NCBI GenBank assembly: GCA_041674405.1
Contig: JBAYVT010000003.1
Location: 74,074-138,073, forward strand
Length of the DNA: 64,000 nucleotides
Source of the DNA: Patescibacteria group bacterium
GTDB taxonomy: Bacteria > Patescibacteriota > UBA1384 > XYA2-FULL-43-10
Direction: 5' to 3'
Shown here: positions 9,585-18,595 of the stretch, piece by piece
Layout of the letters: every line of letters begins with the position of its first letter
Position numbering within the stretch: position 1 is the first letter of the stretch
The notes under the pieces: model-generated
Told to the model about the DNA's origin: nothing
Seen by the model: only the letters and a program-made list of their open reading frames with translations
The model's database searches: none
Program-made: the position numbers and the translations under genes

Positions 9585-10298
9585 TTATTGCGCTCCCAAG
9601 CTCGCAAGCAACACTTTTGGATCAACCCAGTTTGAGAGATCAGACTTTGTCGGAACGTAGCCGCGGACATCAATCCCCGACTCCTTGTGCAGCCCGAAAT
9701 GCAAATGCTTTCGGACGTTTCCATTGGTATTCGAGCATTGCGCACCAAGCTCGGCTAAATTTTCTCCAGCCACAACGCGATCTCCAACCTTAACAGCCGT
9801 AGTTGATAGATTGACGTGGCCATAATACGCAGTATAGATACTTCCGCCTAAGTTATACTCGATAACGATTAGGCCGCCATAACCGGTGACTGAGCTTGTC
9901 TCACGCACCGTGCCATCGGCAATTGATTTTGCAATAACCGGTAAATTTAGTTCGTTTGGAAAAATCTCGAGATCATCGGCAGTGTGATAGCCGACATAAT
10001 ATGTTGCATTAGGACAAACTTTTTTATCCGGATTTGTGGTTCCTCCCGGCGGATAATACACACCGAAATCATTTGCCATGATACGTGCAGCAAAATTATC
10101 GAGAGGATAAACCAAAGTTGGCACCGATTCAGTTTGTGAAATTGGGTTCTGGCTTGAAGAGCCTGAAGGCGCTGGATTTGTTGTTGTGTCTGTCGACTGA
10201 GAAATTTTAGCCTTCCTGTTCTTCAAAAGATAAAAACCACCACCGGCGGCAGCAAGTATTATCGCTCCAATAATGAGTAGTGGAAGGATTTTTTTCAT
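9585..10298 (-). CDS. M23 family metallopeptidase (LytM-like), membrane-anchored
   Basis: N-terminal TM. HxxxD (YHTADDLEI) and HxH (HLHFGLH) zinc-binding motifs. Confidence 0.8.
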   Translation of the reverse strand: MKKILPLLIIGAIILAAAGGGFYLLKNRKAKISQSTDTTTNPAPSGSSSQNPISQTESVPTLVYPLDNFAARIMANDFGVYYPPGGTTNPDKKVCPNATYYVGYHTADDLEIFPNELNLPVIAKSIADGTVRETSSVTGYGGLIVIEYNLGGSIYTAYYGHVNLSTTAVKVGDRVVAGENLAELGAQCSNTNGNVRKHLHFGLHKESGIDVRGYVPTKSDLSNWVDPKVLLASLGAQ

Positions 10299-10327
10299 CA
10301 GGATTTTTTAGCGATATCAACAGAAAG

Positions 10328-11023
10328 TTATTTTAGCGAGCTATCGCCATCATTAAACCCAAACTCGATGTGCGAGCGGTCGCAGAATGGCTTGTTCTTG
10401 GATTTGCCGCAGCGGCAAAGGGTGACGCGGTTGCGGACTTCGTAGGTTTCACCATTTGCAGATTCTACTGGAATTTCCCCTTTCACCCAAAGTGGACCGG
10501 AAATTTTCATGTCTGGATCTTCAATAATGCCAATAGACTTTTCAAGCTTTGGTTCAATAATTTTTCCCGTTTTCTTGTCGCGCACAACGAGACGGCCAGA
10601 CGGGCAATCGCAGCATTCTTCTATAAGCATTTTTTTGGAATCTGGGTCAGATGATTCTCCTACTAGATTCCAGGCAGTATCTCCGCGATCGCAAAATCTG
10701 CCCGAGGCGCAGATTTTGCTCTCATCATACATAACTGCATCCGGACCATCCAAAACTTCGGCCTTGTCAAAAAAATTCTCAAATTCTGCTGTTTCTGTGC
10801 AATCAACACCAGCTGTCATATGTGTTTTATCACAATATGGCTTACTCTTAGATTTCCCGCAACGGCAGAGGTGATAATGTTCACTCTTGGGAAATTTTTC
10901 GCCGTCTTTCCACCTCTCCGAAATCCCATTGCCATCGCCGACAATTATTTGCCTCTGAAGCGGAACATTCCCGGTCACTTCGTAAGGCCCATCTTTAATA
11001 ATTTTAATCCTCTTCTTTGACAT
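10328..11023 (-). CDS. CDGSH-type iron-sulfur domain protein (two CDGSH motifs)
   Basis: CRCGKSKSKPYCDKTH and CRCGKSKNKPFCDRSH match C-x-C-x2-S-x3-P-x-C-D-x-[ST]-H, plus additional Cys clusters. Confidence 0.7.
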   Translation of the reverse strand: MSKKRIKIIKDGPYEVTGNVPLQRQIIVGDGNGISERWKDGEKFPKSEHYHLCRCGKSKSKPYCDKTHMTAGVDCTETAEFENFFDKAEVLDGPDAVMYDESKICASGRFCDRGDTAWNLVGESSDPDSKKMLIEECCDCPSGRLVVRDKKTGKIIEPKLEKSIGIIEDPDMKISGPLWVKGEIPVESANGETYEVRNRVTLCRCGKSKNKPFCDRSHIEFGFNDGDSSLK

Positions 11024-11256
11024 TTTCGCCTCGACTTTATGATCTTTATGAACTTTAACTACATAGAATTATATCAGCTATCACCAAGTTATTATTGTAG
11101 AAGTTAACAAAAGAAGCTCTTGTATTCAATCATAATGAATCTGAGATGAAAGAATCCGGCGAGATGATGGAGAAAATGGATAAAGACATGGATAGTAAGG
11201 ACATGTCTTCGGGTGAGATGTAATTACAACGCTTCTTTTTGGCTCAAAGCTTAAGC

Positions 11257-11294
11257 AAAAAAGGGCGGTGAGAAACCAGTCTACAGCTTCTCAC
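11257..11294 (-). terminator. rho-independent terminator for the aminotransferase gene (stem gtgagaa/ttctcac, U-tract on minus strand)
   Basis: 7-bp inverted repeat with a 13-nt loop, preceded on the plus strand by aaaaaa. Confidence 0.4.
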
Positions 11295-11315
11295 TCGATC
11301 CCCCCTACTTCTTGA

Positions 11316-12491
11316 TTACCCCGCCTTCATGGCGCGGGCGATCCGGTCCAATCCCTCCTCGATCTCCAGATCGTTGTACGTAAGGCTCATCCGGAAGTAG
11401 CCTTCCCCGCCCGCGCCGAACGCCGAGCCCGGGGTGAGGACGACGTGCGCCGTTTCCACCAGATGCTCACAGAACTCCGCACTGGTCGAGAACCCATCCG
11501 GGATCGGCGCCCAGATGTAAGGAGTCGCCTGAGGCGGTTCGATGCTCCAGCCCAGCGAGTTCAAGGTACCGACGACGAGGTCCCGGCGCTGGCCATAGAC
11601 GAAACAGATGTCCTCGCAGGCCCGCCGATATTCTTTGAGCACCCGGGCACCGGCGAACTGGATGAAACGAGGGGTCCCATTGTCGGTGTTGCCCTTGTAG
11701 CGCTTCAGGTACGACAACACCTCTGGGTTGCCGACGGCCGCGCCGATCCGCCACCCGGTCATGTTAAACCACTTGCTGTGAGAGATGATCTCCACAGCGA
11801 CCTCAGACGCCCCTAGTACCTCCAGGATGCTCGGCTGCCGGATGTTGCCCAGATTCACCAGGCTGTAGGCGGCGTCGTGGACGACAAGGAGCTTGTGCTC
11901 CTTTGCGAATTCGACGGCCTCAGCGAAGAAGTCGAGGCCAGCCACCGCAGTGGTGGGGTTGTTGGGGTAGTTGAGCCAGAGGATCTTCGCTTTCTGGCAA
12001 ATCACCCCCTCGATACTACCCAGGTCGGGGAGCCAGTACGGCGGCTCGAGCTTCATGTGGTAGGTGTTCGCCCCGAACATGTGCTGGGCGATCTCGTAGG
12101 TAGGGTATCCGGGGTCAGGCACAATCCCGAGATCCAGCGGATTCAGGAAGGCCCCAGCGAGCTGGACGATCGCCTCTTTGGACCCACTCGTCCGCAAGAT
12201 CTGGTTGTCCTCGAGCGTGACGCCGAAGTAGCTCTGGTAGAACCGGCACACCTCGGAGTCGAAGTCCGTGACAGGCATGTCATCCCCGTAGCGAAACCGA
12301 TCGGGATCCGTGACATCGTTGGCGGCACGGACCATCTCATCCACAGCACAAAGCGGAGTGGGCATGTCGGGGTCGCCGATTCCGAACGAGACGACATGGA
12401 CACCGCTCGCCTTGAGAGTGTTGATCTTCTCCCGCAGCGAGGCAAACGGATATGGCGGCAATGATGCGAGACGGCCTGAAGGCTCAAGCAT
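11316..12491 (-). CDS. class I/II PLP-dependent aminotransferase (LL-diaminopimelate/Ala aminotransferase-like)
   Basis: N-terminal LPPYPFASL...SFGIGDPDMPTP. PLP-lysine motif SHSKWFNMTGWRIG. About 62% GC island in the AT-rich backbone. Confidence 0.8.
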   Translation of the reverse strand: MLEPSGRLASLPPYPFASLREKINTLKASGVHVVSFGIGDPDMPTPLCAVDEMVRAANDVTDPDRFRYGDDMPVTDFDSEVCRFYQSYFGVTLEDNQILRTSGSKEAIVQLAGAFLNPLDLGIVPDPGYPTYEIAQHMFGANTYHMKLEPPYWLPDLGSIEGVICQKAKILWLNYPNNPTTAVAGLDFFAEAVEFAKEHKLLVVHDAAYSLVNLGNIRQPSILEVLGASEVAVEIISHSKWFNMTGWRIGAAVGNPEVLSYLKRYKGNTDNGTPRFIQFAGARVLKEYRRACEDICFVYGQRRDLVVGTLNSLGWSIEPPQATPYIWAPIPDGFSTSAEFCEHLVETAHVVLTPGSAFGAGGEGYFRMSLTYNDLEIEEGLDRIARAMKAG

Positions 12492-12761
12492 GAACGAAAC
12501 TCCTCCTGGAATGTGATATGCGTCCCGAGCGAGATAAAATTAACACATTTTATCATTTTTGTCTAGTCAAATAGCAGCATGATTTGTGAATTTCAATACC
12601 AAGCGATCTTTACAGAACGCTTCATTTTTGCTAAAATTCTTGTGTGTTTGAGAGTTATTCCCTCCGTCTCCAGCTTGCTGGAGCCGAGAGTTACCCGATA
12701 GCTCCCGTCTCCAAGCAAAACTTGGAGCCGAGGTCTCGGCTTGATATAATCAAGACGGACA

Positions 12762-13019
12762 ATGGCAGACCATTTTATTTACATTTTAGTAAGTAAAAAC
12801 GCCCCCAAAACTTATATAGGTGTAACATCAGATATCGAAAAGAGAATATCTGAACACAATTCTGGCTCAAATGCTTACACCAGAAAATATAAGCCTTGGA
12901 AGCTTTTTTATTCCGAAAAATTTGATGATAGATCAGTGGCATTAAAAAGAGAAATTTATCTGAAATCGCACGCAGGGCGGAACTTCATAAAAAAGCTTTT
13001 TCAAAATATTCCCCGATAG
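12762..13019 (+). CDS. GIY-YIG nuclease superfamily protein (small stand-alone, UPF0213-like)
   Basis: YILVSKNAPKTYIGVTSDIEKRISEHNSG GIY-YIG motif. 85 aa. The last 10 nt overlap the tRNA-Asn 5' end. Confidence 0.75.
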   Translation: MADHFIYILVSKNAPKTYIGVTSDIEKRISEHNSGSNAYTRKYKPWKLFYSEKFDDRSVALKREIYLKSHAGRNFIKKLFQNIPR

Positions 13020-13084
13020 CTCAATGGCAGAGCGCTTCGCTGTTAACGAAGATGTTGCTGGTTCGAGTCCAGCTCGGGGAGCCA
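13010..13084 (+). tRNA. tRNA-Asn (anticodon GTT)
   Basis: Cloverleaf read by hand: acceptor tccccga/tcgggga, anticodon loop CTGTTAA, T-arm ggttcgagtcc, discriminator G and encoded CCA. Confidence 0.85.
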
Positions 13085-13221
13085 AGAAAAAAGATTGATT
13101 GTGTAATCAGTCTTTTTTCTTTGTTCAGTAGAATGGACTCGAACCAAGGATGGGGTCGGGAAACATGGGTTTCCCGCTGAGGAAAATACTAAAAACCGAG
13201 GGTTTTTAGAGTGGTTCATAT

Positions 13222-13247
13222 GTCCAGCTCGGGGGGCCAAAGAAAAA
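13222..13247 (+). repeat. decayed direct repeat of the tRNA-Asn 3' end (gtccagctcgggg.gccaa.gaaaaa)
   Basis: 13-nt identity with tRNA 13067-13079 plus a similar A-rich tail, about 150 bp downstream. Resembles an att-site scar. Confidence 0.5.
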
Positions 13248-13255
13248 TGACACTT

Positions 13256-14107
13256 TTATGATTTTGATCCTTGAAATGTCCCACTGCAGCGTCCCGAGCT
13301 CCAGGTGCCGGAGACTTTGCTACCGGAAAAAGTCATATTTACGACTGTTGGGGTGGAGCCAGCGCTAAGCGTCTCAGCCGCCTTACCATTCGAATCGATT
13401 TTTGCATTGCCGCCCCAAGGATTTTGAACCTCGCCGCCAGTGACATAGAAGGCTGTCAGCTCGACTGACGAGTCACAATTCGGCTTTTGCATTGTAGTTT
13501 GGTAATAACCGTCCCAGTTGTTGCTGATTGGCCCGCCAGGCAAGTCGGTCGTTACATTGGTGACAGTGTGGTGAATGTACGGCCAGATAAAGACAAAAAA
13601 GACGACGACTAAAATTATGAACATAGCAGCGACTGCACAGCCACTAGCAGCTGTCTGCTTCTTTGCAGCCGGCGGAGACATTTCTGCGGCAGAATTCTCT
13701 TCTTTTTTGTTAGATTCTTTCATCTTGAGATTCTTTTTGTTCTGTTTCACTAAGGCCCAGATTCCAAGGATAAAAATTGCCAAGCACAACAAGGTTATTC
13801 CGAGAACTAATTCGGTAGCATTTTTAGTTTTATTGCCAGTGAAAAAATAGGCGGTTGTCCCGCTCAGGGCCAAAAAAGAAATGATGATCAAAAAAATTAA
13901 AAGGCAGGAAAGACAACCTGTGTTTTTCGCCGGAGGAGCAACCGGTTTAATGTCCTTGTCTTTATTATCACCAGGGACGTCGCCAATCAGATTGCCGCAT
14001 TTTGGGCAGAACTTATCTTTCGCCTCGACTTTCTCGCCGCATTTAGAACAAAACATTCCCCCTCCGAAATTTTTAGGTGATCTGACAACATCACAATTAT
14101 ACCACAA
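13256..14107 (-). CDS. hypothetical membrane protein with N-terminal zinc ribbon
   Basis: CSKCGEKVEAKDKFCPKCGN zinc ribbon, then 3-4 TM helices and a C-terminal extracellular domain. Confidence 0.5.
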   Translation of the reverse strand: MWYNCDVVRSPKNFGGGMFCSKCGEKVEAKDKFCPKCGNLIGDVPGDNKDKDIKPVAPPAKNTGCLSCLLIFLIIISFLALSGTTAYFFTGNKTKNATELVLGITLLCLAIFILGIWALVKQNKKNLKMKESNKKEENSAAEMSPPAAKKQTAASGCAVAAMFIILVVVFFVFIWPYIHHTVTNVTTDLPGGPISNNWDGYYQTTMQKPNCDSSVELTAFYVTGGEVQNPWGGNAKIDSNGKAAETLSAGSTPTVVNMTFSGSKVSGTWSSGRCSGTFQGSKS

Positions 14108-14157
14108 GTTGCGGAAACTTATGTTTTGCTGCCTTATTATAGATCAATTTCAAATTC

Positions 14158-15387
14158 TTACTTTAGGCTTTCTGATGCTGCGGTGATCAGATCGGAAATA
14201 AGTTTTTCTCCGGTTGTCTGGCCGCGATTCGCCTGCATCGCCGCCCAATCAGCATTCAGAGTTTCATCGCCCATCGCTGTAATCAGCGCTCCGGCACGAT
14301 CAAAATTATTTTTCTCGCGATTATGCTCGCCAAAAATCAGCGACATTGCCTCAAGTTTGTTGGCAACGCCGGTCATCTTCTCATCTTTGGACGCAAGGCT
14401 TTTTTCAAGATCGGCTTGCGCCATTACAAGATTATTTTCTGCATTCTTTTTGTCATTGGTTAAATTTCTATTTAGGATAAATAGCCAGGCGGAGACTGCG
14501 ATGAAAATTAACATTAGAGATGCGGCTATCATGCCAAAAGCTCCAATGCCGGATTTTTTTCGTAAGTATAATAACCAGTATAAAAATAAGGCGATAAGAA
14601 TGAGCAGAACCGCTCCGGCAATATAATATATAAGATATGGGTTTTCGGAAGCTGAATTATTCCCCACATTTGCCGTGGTAGTTTCGACACCTGTTTGACT
14701 GCTGTCGTCTGTCGCGGTCGTCGCTGCCGTCGATGCAGCGCCATTGTTTTGTGATGTGCCAGAAGCTGAATTTGCCGATTGTCCGCTTCCACTCGGAGCA
14801 GCCTGGCTTCCGGTTCCTGAAGAACCGCTGCTACCTGTTGTGTCTCCGCCATTTGCGATATTCTCTGTAAAATTTACGGTTACTGAAAGAGTCAATGACG
14901 GCGCACCGGGAAGCAATGAACTTGCTGTGTAGGTGACAATTTTTTCTCCCGGGGTTGATGACTTCAGAGTGAACTCTCCTGTCCCAGAAATTAGATTGTA
15001 GTCCGGCAGGATTCCACCGCTGCCGCCCAATGGGTTTGGAGACACATTGTTGCCCGAACCGGAAATCGAAAGGGTCATTTTATTTGAATAAGCCGCTGCT
15101 CGGCATAGCTGGCCATCGTCAGTATCAACCGTTGCCGGCAATGGAGTCTGCGGCGATGCCCCATCACTACAGTCAATCTCAAAAGGAGTTTTCTGGGTAT
15201 AGTAAGCGCCATACCAAAAATTAATCGTGTCGCTTCCATCTGCAACTGCCGTAGTTTTGTTGTAGGTAAGTGTGATTTTTGTAGCATCGACTGAGCTCAC
15301 AGTTTCCATTGCCGACACTTGGTTTACAATTAGAAACGGCAAACAGAAAGTTGCAAATAATGCTCCTAAAACTAGAACTTTTTTCAT
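14158..15387 (-). CDS. secreted/surface protein (signal peptide, Gly/Ser/Thr-rich linker, TM, C-terminal coiled coil)
   Basis: N-terminal MKKVLVLGALFATFCLPFLIVNQVSA. Low-complexity S/G/T segment. Internal TM. Confidence 0.5.
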   Translation of the reverse strand: MKKVLVLGALFATFCLPFLIVNQVSAMETVSSVDATKITLTYNKTTAVADGSDTINFWYGAYYTQKTPFEIDCSDGASPQTPLPATVDTDDGQLCRAAAYSNKMTLSISGSGNNVSPNPLGGSGGILPDYNLISGTGEFTLKSSTPGEKIVTYTASSLLPGAPSLTLSVTVNFTENIANGGDTTGSSGSSGTGSQAAPSGSGQSANSASGTSQNNGAASTAATTATDDSSQTGVETTTANVGNNSASENPYLIYYIAGAVLLILIALFLYWLLYLRKKSGIGAFGMIAASLMLIFIAVSAWLFILNRNLTNDKKNAENNLVMAQADLEKSLASKDEKMTGVANKLEAMSLIFGEHNREKNNFDRAGALITAMGDETLNADWAAMQANRGQTTGEKLISDLITAASESLK

Positions 15388-15445
15388 ATTTCCTCCCTCC
15401 TTGTTCGATTTACATTGGTGCGTCTAATCCTCCGAGCTGGTAATA

Positions 15446-16810
15446 TTAGCTCTGGCTTTTCGGCGGTGTTGGAGGCGCAGGTGCTGGCCCGACATTTGCT
15501 GCAGTCGGAGTTGGCGGTACGGCCGTCGGTTTCTTTTTCCTCGTAGCAAGAATAATGATCAATATCAATATTATTAAGATAATTGCGCCACCGATGATTC
15601 CCGCCCACAACCAGTTCATCACCCATCCTGATTTTACTGAAATTTTGTTTGATCCGACTGCCGTTGTGAATGTCAGTTGTTTGAATCCCTTGGTCACTAT
15701 AAGCTCGTTAGAGACAAACTTCTTTGTTTTGTAACCAATTCCCTCCATCGCCGCCTTGATTGCAGTCAGATCGTTGTCAGCTACATTCCTGCCAAGAATA
15801 TAGATTAGTGTGCGTCCCTTCTGGGAAGCGATTTTAGCCTTGTCATCATAGACCTTCTTTATTACAGGAGTTACGACAGCATCAGTATTAGCTCCTTCGC
15901 CGGTTGGGACTACTGGAACGACATCGGGATAGCTGGTACCACCCCCGCCGACATCGCCTCCTGTACCTCCGGCGCCAGCGGTTGCGCTAATAACCATGTT
16001 GTATTCCGAAGCCGCAGTTTCACAGCCTGAATTAATATCACAGTTGATGCCAACATAGACTACTTGATCAGACGAAAGATCAACGCTGACTGTCTTAATT
16101 TCGCCAGCGTTTCCTGCCATTTCATATCCAAGTTCCGTGCGATTGCTGTCAAAAACTTTTACTGTCGGCACAGCCTTGGTATCCGGAGTAAGCTTGACAG
16201 AAAAAGGTCCCGCCTTGGCAGAAACAGCATAATAATCGTCGGTATCGACAGACGAATAGTATCCTGTGTAAGTCCCCGGATTAAGAGACATGGCTGATGT
16301 GATTGCTTGACCGGCGTCAGTGGTCGATCCGGCGTCGAAGCGGTCGGTTAGGGAAACTTCAAACGTGCCTGATTCCGTTCCCCAGGTGTCATCGGAAAGG
16401 CGGATGTAGAAAGTATGTGTGCTCTTGGTAGAATTGGCGAGTGCAGCGACTGTGATCGGAGCAGGGGCGTCTTCAAATTCCGAGACCATTGACTCTTTAT
16501 CATCGGAAAATAACTCGATTGTATTCAGTGTTCCATACTGCGCATTTTCAGTCAGAACTTTGAATGTTCCAGTGACCTTCAGCTCCTGTCCGGCTTTAAC
16601 GCTAATTGAGTAAAAATGTTTTTCGTTCTCCACCAGTCTACCGACGGTGTAGCTGCCGGCAGCAATTCCAACCGCGGTATCAATCGTACTGCCGCCGCTT
16701 GGCAAACTTGCGGCTTGAACCTTGGAAAAAGGAATGAAGATAGTCATTAAGGATAAAACCAAAAGAGATGCACAAATTTTGCCAAAGAATTGCGCAGTGT
16801 TTTTTATCAT
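15446..16810 (-). CDS. surface protein with signal peptide, repeated beta-sandwich (PPC-like) modules, C-terminal TM anchor and Pro-rich tail
   Basis: Signal peptide. DxxDxYY-type motifs (DTDDYYAVSAKAG). C-terminal TM followed by PTPTAANVGPAPAPPTPPK. Confidence 0.5.
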   Translation of the reverse strand: MIKNTAQFFGKICASLLVLSLMTIFIPFSKVQAASLPSGGSTIDTAVGIAAGSYTVGRLVENEKHFYSISVKAGQELKVTGTFKVLTENAQYGTLNTIELFSDDKESMVSEFEDAPAPITVAALANSTKSTHTFYIRLSDDTWGTESGTFEVSLTDRFDAGSTTDAGQAITSAMSLNPGTYTGYYSSVDTDDYYAVSAKAGPFSVKLTPDTKAVPTVKVFDSNRTELGYEMAGNAGEIKTVSVDLSSDQVVYVGINCDINSGCETAASEYNMVISATAGAGGTGGDVGGGGTSYPDVVPVVPTGEGANTDAVVTPVIKKVYDDKAKIASQKGRTLIYILGRNVADNDLTAIKAAMEGIGYKTKKFVSNELIVTKGFKQLTFTTAVGSNKISVKSGWVMNWLWAGIIGGAIILIILILIIILATRKKKPTAVPPTPTAANVGPAPAPPTPPKSQS

Positions 16811-16835
16811 TTTCCCTCCTTAAAAATTATTTAAC

Positions 16836-17441
16836 TTAGAAATACCAAAAAATCCGCTGTACGCCAGAGCGCAAAAGCTCTTTGAAAATTTCCGGATTCA
16901 TCATATTGACCATAACGAGAGCGACTATAATAATTATCACCGAAAGCCACTTGGTGTAGGGCCCGGCTGTACGAAACAAAAGAATTAGTGATAAAACAGC
17001 CATCAATGTCGGTCCTAAGATCTTGATGTCGCCGAGGGGGACGTACTGGCCTCCGGCATAGATGGAATCCAAATTGAGATATTGTCCGAGATCATAGCTT
17101 ACGCCGAAAGCAATAAAAATTATTTCCAGGACGATTACGACTGCCAGCGCCCACGAAGCGAATGTTGTTGACTCTCCCTTGGTTCGGTAAATTTCATATC
17201 CGACGACTGGCAACATGAAAAGCGACAGAATGAGCACGCTGTGAGTGGCAATCCCGACCAGCAATCCGATTATTGCCCAGACCGTGAGAATGCTACAAAT
17301 CATCGCGGGAGAAATTTTATCTTTGGTTTTCTTTTTCTCTGTATCGGGTGGGCTTGCCTGGAAGTCTGCACTCTTTTGATATTCAATCTCCGTACCCTCC
17401 TTGGCAACGGGTGCCGGCCCGTCTGATCCGCCTCCTATCAT
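16836..17441 (-). CDS. hypothetical polytopic membrane protein
   Basis: Five to six predicted TM helices and a basic N-terminus. Confidence 0.45.
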   Translation of the reverse strand: MIGGGSDGPAPVAKEGTEIEYQKSADFQASPPDTEKKKTKDKISPAMICSILTVWAIIGLLVGIATHSVLILSLFMLPVVGYEIYRTKGESTTFASWALAVVIVLEIIFIAFGVSYDLGQYLNLDSIYAGGQYVPLGDIKILGPTLMAVLSLILLFRTAGPYTKWLSVIIIIVALVMVNMMNPEIFKELLRSGVQRIFWYF

Positions 17442-17450
17442 TGGTCCTCC

Positions 17451-18401
17451 TTAATTTAACTTAGAAAAAAGCTTCTCGAATATTTTCTCAACTTCATCTT
17501 TGTTCAAAAATCCCTCGGCTCCTATCGTACTTGTTTTCGGGCTGACCTCCGTCCGGTGATATGTAGCACCTTCAACTCGTTCGCTGATTTTTTTCGAATC
17601 AAACTGGCTTACCGATTCGCAAGGAGTGGCGCCATCCGGTAATGATTCGTAGCTATAGAGCAAAGAGCCGGTAATCAAATAATTCTTCACTCGAACTGCA
17701 ATACAAAAACGTTTTTTCTCGTCTTGGATCAAGAATACTGCTGGTCGGCCGAGCACCGTTCCTTGCTCATTCTGAAGCCCCGATTTTTCTCTTTCCGCCT
17801 TTATTTTCGGGGCCGAGCTCTTCATCAGGGATTGCATCTTGTCCATTTGAGCTTTTTGCGTCGGAGTCATTTGAGCTTGAACTACTTTGCTATTCAAAAC
17901 TTTTTCGAGATCCATACCGGCCGGTGCACCGGGGATTTGCGAGTTATATAAATTACCTTCCGCCGTGTCACTTTGATTCTTCATAGCTTCTCCGGCGGTT
18001 TTTTCGTCTGGATACTCGACGACAATTATATCTGCTACCATGTCGTACTCTTCAGGATGAGATTTGTTCATCTCTTGCCTTAGTTTCTCAATGGTCTCGA
18101 CGGTGACTCCCGGCATGTACCCAGAGGCTGCGCAAGCTTTCATCCCTTTGTAAAAATCCGCCAGATTTCCACGGGTCATTTCTTTCGAATATTTTACTCC
18201 GGTGGCCGCAACCGGTTCTGGCCCGCCAGAAATCAAGCCGCCATCCACCAGAGTGCGATCCATCTTAATCTCGGGGCTAAAATGACCGACAGAAACGACG
18301 GTCTGATTTACTGAAGATGATTTTTTGAACGATTTCCATTGGCTACCGGACAGGGCATCATCGATGGCTGAAATGGTTTTGTTAGATTTTTTGGCTTTCA
18401 T
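17451..18401 (-). CDS. hypothetical protein
   Basis: ORF with compositionally normal protein. No motif recognised. Confidence 0.45.
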   Translation of the reverse strand: MKAKKSNKTISAIDDALSGSQWKSFKKSSSVNQTVVSVGHFSPEIKMDRTLVDGGLISGGPEPVAATGVKYSKEMTRGNLADFYKGMKACAASGYMPGVTVETIEKLRQEMNKSHPEEYDMVADIIVVEYPDEKTAGEAMKNQSDTAEGNLYNSQIPGAPAGMDLEKVLNSKVVQAQMTPTQKAQMDKMQSLMKSSAPKIKAEREKSGLQNEQGTVLGRPAVFLIQDEKKRFCIAVRVKNYLITGSLLYSYESLPDGATPCESVSQFDSKKISERVEGATYHRTEVSPKTSTIGAEGFLNKDEVEKIFEKLFSKLN

Positions 18402-18595
18402 CGCGAGCTCATCATAAATTTCTTGCTACAATTAGCATTGTACCACTCCGCTACAATAATAAAAGTAGAGTAAAGCACCTTCTTGTGGTCGTGCAAATTT
18501 ATTTTAGCGAGAGATGAAAGAGAAAATGGTAATGTAATTTTGCGTTTATGATAATCAGCATTGTAGCACCACCAATGCAAGCGTATATTTAAAGC

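Noticed and set aside
11144-11221. 25-aa Met/Asp/Lys-rich peptide MKESGEMMEKMDKDMDSKDMSSGEM
   Set aside because: It is too short, has no clear RBS, and is below the ORF-track threshold. It is noted only as a curiosity in the CDGSH/aminotransferase spacer.
11445-12516. Plus-strand ORFs inside the aminotransferase locus
   Set aside because: They are antisense shadow ORFs in GC-rich coding DNA.
13043-13240. 65-aa minus-strand ORF between the tRNA-Asn and its repeat
   Set aside because: It overlaps tRNA-derived sequence and the att-like repeat and has no RBS. It is most likely a non-coding remnant.
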